From the IMG/VR virus record IMGVR_UViG_3300031953_000087, positions 1 through 26,617 of that record: DNA of 26,617 nt. The stretch is one strand, 5' to 3'. The translations under genes and the position numbers were made by a program. Origin of the DNA: a virus (lineage: Duplodnaviria; Caudoviricetes). The notes below the pieces were generated by a model. The model did not search any database, was not told where the DNA came from, and saw nothing but the letters and a program-made list of their open reading frames with translations. Every line of letters starts with the position of its first letter. The stretch's first letter is position 1. Shown piece by piece: positions 24,662 through 26,617 of the stretch.

Positions 24662-26617
24662 TCCTTTCTGTATCGTTTACCGCGCCAGCCGCCTGCGGCT
24701 TTCACGGGCCAGTCGGACGCCCAGGGCGGCACGGCCGCCATGATCCGCTCGAATTCCTCGATCGAGCCGGTCCCCTCGGGTACCTCGGCGACGATCTCGT
24801 CGTGTACGTGGAGAACAACCGGGTACCCGGCGGCCTCGACGTTTTTCAAAGCGTAGGCCAGCAAGTCCCGGGCGGTCGCCTGTACGACGTTCTCGCATAG
24901 CTTGCCGCCGTAGGTGTCGAGACGCATCCAGCCCTTTGGCCCTTTCTTGTGGTCGCTGTTCCAGCCCTCATAAGTTAGTTTCATCACCTTGCGGCCCCAG
25001 GGCGTAACGTCCGGATGCAGCCGCGGGCGCTGGTACGCCAGTTTTCGGCCTGACCACAGCTGACAATACAAGACATCGCCGCGCATGCCGTAGACAATCC
25101 CCCGGAACTGGAAGTTCTGCCCGGGGTTCTGGACCGCAGCGATTGCGGCGTCCTGCAAGCCGTACCAGAATTTGACCACGTTGGGGGACGCCTTGCGCCA
25201 CGCGTCGACCTGCTCTTTTATCGCCTCGTCGGTGTCGAAGTAGTCATCCGCCCCGAATGCTTTCCAGGCGCCGACGCTGCCCTGATAACCCGACCCGAGC
25301 TCGGCGACCTTGCCGATCTTTTTCCGTAGCGGATGATGGGCCCCGGTCTGCGGCGACTCCCACCATCGCGGGGCGTTTAGGTTTGTATAGCCGGCGTGGG
25401 CCATGATCTCCTCGAATGGCATCCCCGTAATTTTGGCGAGCGACATTTCGTATATTTTGCCATGCGTCCGAAATACATCGACTCGCCAGTCCTCGCCGGC
25501 CAACAGGGCCAAAACCACGGCCTCGATCGCCGAGTAATCCGAGCAGATCAGCTCGAACCCGGGCGCCGCGCTAAACAGTCCCCGCAGGCAGCCCGACACG
25601 GCCGCTATGGGGTCGCCGAAATAATGCTCTACGTGAGGCAGCCATCGGGTCGCTATGACCTGCAGCGTGTCCTCTACGGCGTCGACCGACCAGTCAGCCT
25701 TATCCGACGCCCAGCTCGGAGTTTGACACCACGGGCACGCGTCAAGCTCCGGCCGGGCGTGGTAATGCTTGCCGCAGCCGTTCACCGAGTCGCACCGGAC
25801 AACCTTCGGCCCGCCGGCGGTCAGGTTCTGCGGTTGCGGGCCCTTGCCGGCCCAGCGACCGGTCCGATCAGCGCCGCAGAACGAGAACAGGTCCCGCAGC
25901 CGATCGTCGTCGCTAGTCCGCCGGTCAATGGCGAACAGTTTTTTAACGCTGGCGGCGCCCAGGACCGCGCGGATCTCAAGGGCCCGACGCGCCTCGTTAT
26001 AGCTTGGCCAGTCCGGGTAGTTCCATTCCGCGAGCGTGGTCTCGACCGTCTCGGCTTGCATGTTCGGCATATGTACGCCACGCCCGCCGAGCCATCCGAT
26101 CAGCTTGTCGAGCTCGTTGGCGGTCTGTACCGACCCGCCGGTCAGGGTCACGAGCTCGGCCCCGTATTTCGTAAACGCCTGCTCGACGATCGCGATGCAG
26201 TCGGCCAGCGCCTTGCGGTCAATACGGACACCGCGCGCGTTGATCCGCTGGTCGGTTTTCCATGTTTCCAGCTCGTCCGGATCCAGATCGGGGATTTCGG
26301 CGCTTACCGACGACTCCGATTTGATATCGCCGAAATTGTATTCTATGAATTTCTGGCCGTCCTCGGCATGGTCAGGGTCGCTCATAAGCAACCGGCGCCG
26401 GGCGTCCTTTTTGGTCGGGTTCCTCGGGACGCTGAATTTCTTGATCAGCCGCATACCGTCGTCGATTTTCTGGTCTAGGGTTTGCAGAACCTCGGCGGCC
26501 TTTCCGAGTTTAGCGGGCAGACTGAACGCCCGGGATTTGGCCATCGCGTCCCGCAGCTGGCAAACGTCAATTCCAGGCCAGCCCATGCGGGTACAAACGT
26601 TTTTCCAGATCAAAAAC
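24658..26617 (-). CDS. polA: Family A DNA polymerase, phage type (5' end lies beyond the window)
   Basis: RTGRWAG..QPQNL, motif A DYSAIE, motif B KVAELGSGY, ENVVQ, motif C VHDEIV; the frame is open to the window edge. Confidence 0.93.
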   Translation of the reverse strand, partial: FLIWKNVCTRMGWPGIDVCQLRDAMAKSRAFSLPAKLGKAAEVLQTLDQKIDDGMRLIKKFSVPRNPTKKDARRRLLMSDPDHAEDGQKFIEYNFGDIKSESSVSAEIPDLDPDELETWKTDQRINARGVRIDRKALADCIAIVEQAFTKYGAELVTLTGGSVQTANELDKLIGWLGGRGVHMPNMQAETVETTLAEWNYPDWPSYNEARRALEIRAVLGAASVKKLFAIDRRTSDDDRLRDLFSFCGADRTGRWAGKGPQPQNLTAGGPKVVRCDSVNGCGKHYHARPELDACPWCQTPSWASDKADWSVDAVEDTLQVIATRWLPHVEHYFGDPIAAVSGCLRGLFSAAPGFELICSDYSAIEAVVLALLAGEDWRVDVFRTHGKIYEMSLAKITGMPFEEIMAHAGYTNLNAPRWWESPQTGAHHPLRKKIGKVAELGSGYQGSVGAWKAFGADDYFDTDEAIKEQVDAWRKASPNVVKFWYGLQDAAIAAVQNPGQNFQFRGIVYGMRGDVLYCQLWSGRKLAYQRPRLHPDVTPWGRKVMKLTYEGWNSDHKKGPKGWMRLDTYGGKLCENVVQATARDLLAYALKNVEAAGYPVVLHVHDEIVAEVPEGTGSIEEFERIMAAVPPWASDWPVKAAGGWRGKRYRKE

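Noticed and set aside
25396-26478. 360-aa + strand ORF antisense to polA, and the many other antisense or alternate-frame ORFs
   Set aside because: These are shadow ORFs typical of high-GC coding DNA, with no motifs, and they overlap well-supported genes.
1-26617. Similar window ends (GTTTTGAT at the start, GTTTTTGAT on the reverse strand at the end) as terminal inverted repeats
   Set aside because: The match is short and imperfect, and the right end lies inside the polA reading frame.
24113-26617. PolA plus MazG-like gene as a Z-genome (DpoZ/MazZ) system
   Set aside because: No purZ or datZ is present in the window, and the pyrophosphatase does not resemble the short MazZ type as I recall it. 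It cannot be supported from this sequence.

Overview
This window is one continuous segment of a tailed dsDNA phage (Caudoviricetes, myovirus type, roughly 60% GC by eye); no host genes are visible. The + strand (88-23210) carries a complete late region. It begins with a lambda-type head module: small terminase, GpA-family large terminase, gpW-like adaptor, lambda-family portal, an inserted unknown gene, S49 protease with a nested scaffold, decoration protein and gpE-type major capsid protein. A Mu-like contractile tail follows: sheath, tube, frameshifted chaperone pair, tape measure, DNA-circularization protein, LysM hub, spike, gp46/gp47/gp48-like wedge proteins and a mosaic tail fibre ending in an SGNH hydrolase. 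The lysis cassette has an amidase, a holin-like gene and a C-terminally anchored membrane protein. A convergent - strand block encodes RdgC, a MazG-like pyrophosphatase and a family A DNA polymerase cut off by the window edge. The most unusual signals are: (1) an FtsK-gamma-like winged-helix domain inside the small-terminase candidate; (2) a compact RNA pseudoknot between the tail tube and tail chaperone genes that pairs with the chaperone RBS; (3) a Leu762-type PolA with a four-Cys insertion; (4) a modular esterase tail fibre. All family assignments come from recognising motifs and gene order by eye; no searches were run.
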